64,000 nt of DNA from Callorhinchus milii (Eukaryota), in contig NW_024704742.1 in assembly GCF_018977255.1 (NCBI RefSeq), positions 122,266,001 through 122,330,000 on the forward strand, in the 5' to 3' direction. The notes beneath the pieces are model-generated. The model did not search any database and was not told the DNA's origin. It saw nothing but the letters and a program-made list of their open reading frames with translations. Positions 63,460 to 64,000 of the stretch are shown here, one piece after another. A program made the translations under genes and the position numbers. Every line of letters begins with the position of its first letter. The first letter of the stretch is position 1.

Positions 63460-63832
63460 AAAGGCAAGCTATGCAGTTTTAGCTGGTTAGACTCCAGCAG
63501 TACCCCATCGCACACTCGGGTCCCTGAGTCTTGACTCTTGCCAACCTGCGACTAATGCTCTCAGGCATTAAGGAAATAGCTCAAGTGCTTTGAGATGCTG
63601 TCCTGCATGAAGAGCGCTATATAAATGCAAGTTGTTGTTGTTAAAAATAGGGTGTTTCCCTCCAGAAAGAGAGTGTACATTCCATTCCACGCACAGGGAA
63701 GTGTCTATGTGTAGGTGACATACACGGAACTCTCAATCTAGTTTGGATACTCTTAACCGTAGTGATATATAAGTGCAATTTGTTGATGTTGTTGATGGGC
63801 TTCCAGATTTGGGTTTCCCAGACACAGGCTTA
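63460..63832 (+). repeat. Unidentified interspersed repeat, longest copy (interrupted)
   Basis: Reverse complement of the 26420 and 43506 copies, interrupted by a short L2-type tail at about 63585-63645. Confidence 0.8.
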
Positions 63833-64000
63833 GGACACATGCTGCACTGCTGTGAAATGCTTTCTGAGTGAGCAGTGTAAGTGCAGTTTAATGTTGACAA
63901 AATTAGATTGACATGCTAGGAAGATTTCAGGTTGATTTGAAAGAGAAAATGTAATGGCTTTGTATATAAAACTTAGAATCCTGTTTGCCCTTTTAATGGC

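Overview
This is eukaryotic, vertebrate DNA. The repeat content (Deu-domain SINEs, CR1/L2 LINEs, a Penelope-type palindrome) suggests a cartilaginous fish, possibly a chimaera, but that is inference. The window lies inside the cAMP phosphodiesterase gene PDE4D on the + strand. Four canonical GT-AG coding exons (27423-27614, 53475-53511, 55180-55256, 57637-57686) splice in frame and encode UCR1, including the PKA site RRESF, and linker LR1. The rest is intron dense with retroposons: a near full-length decayed CR1 LINE (about 31390-35885), many CR1 and L2 fragments, old Deu-type SINEs, and a young tRNA(Ala)-headed SINE family. The best leads are: (1) a candidate in-frame 72-nt cassette exon and an adjacent candidate first exon inside the UCR1 intron; (2) a ~586-bp inverted duplication that copies a nested SINE junction; (3) a SINE that appears to be a tRNA/CORE/Deu/L2 mosaic; (4) an unidentified A-tailed repeat family with 5 copies; (5) a decayed hammerhead-ribozyme palindrome; (6) a CR1-associated TATA box and splice donor in the host gene's sense direction. 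All alignments were made by eye and repeat boundaries are approximate.
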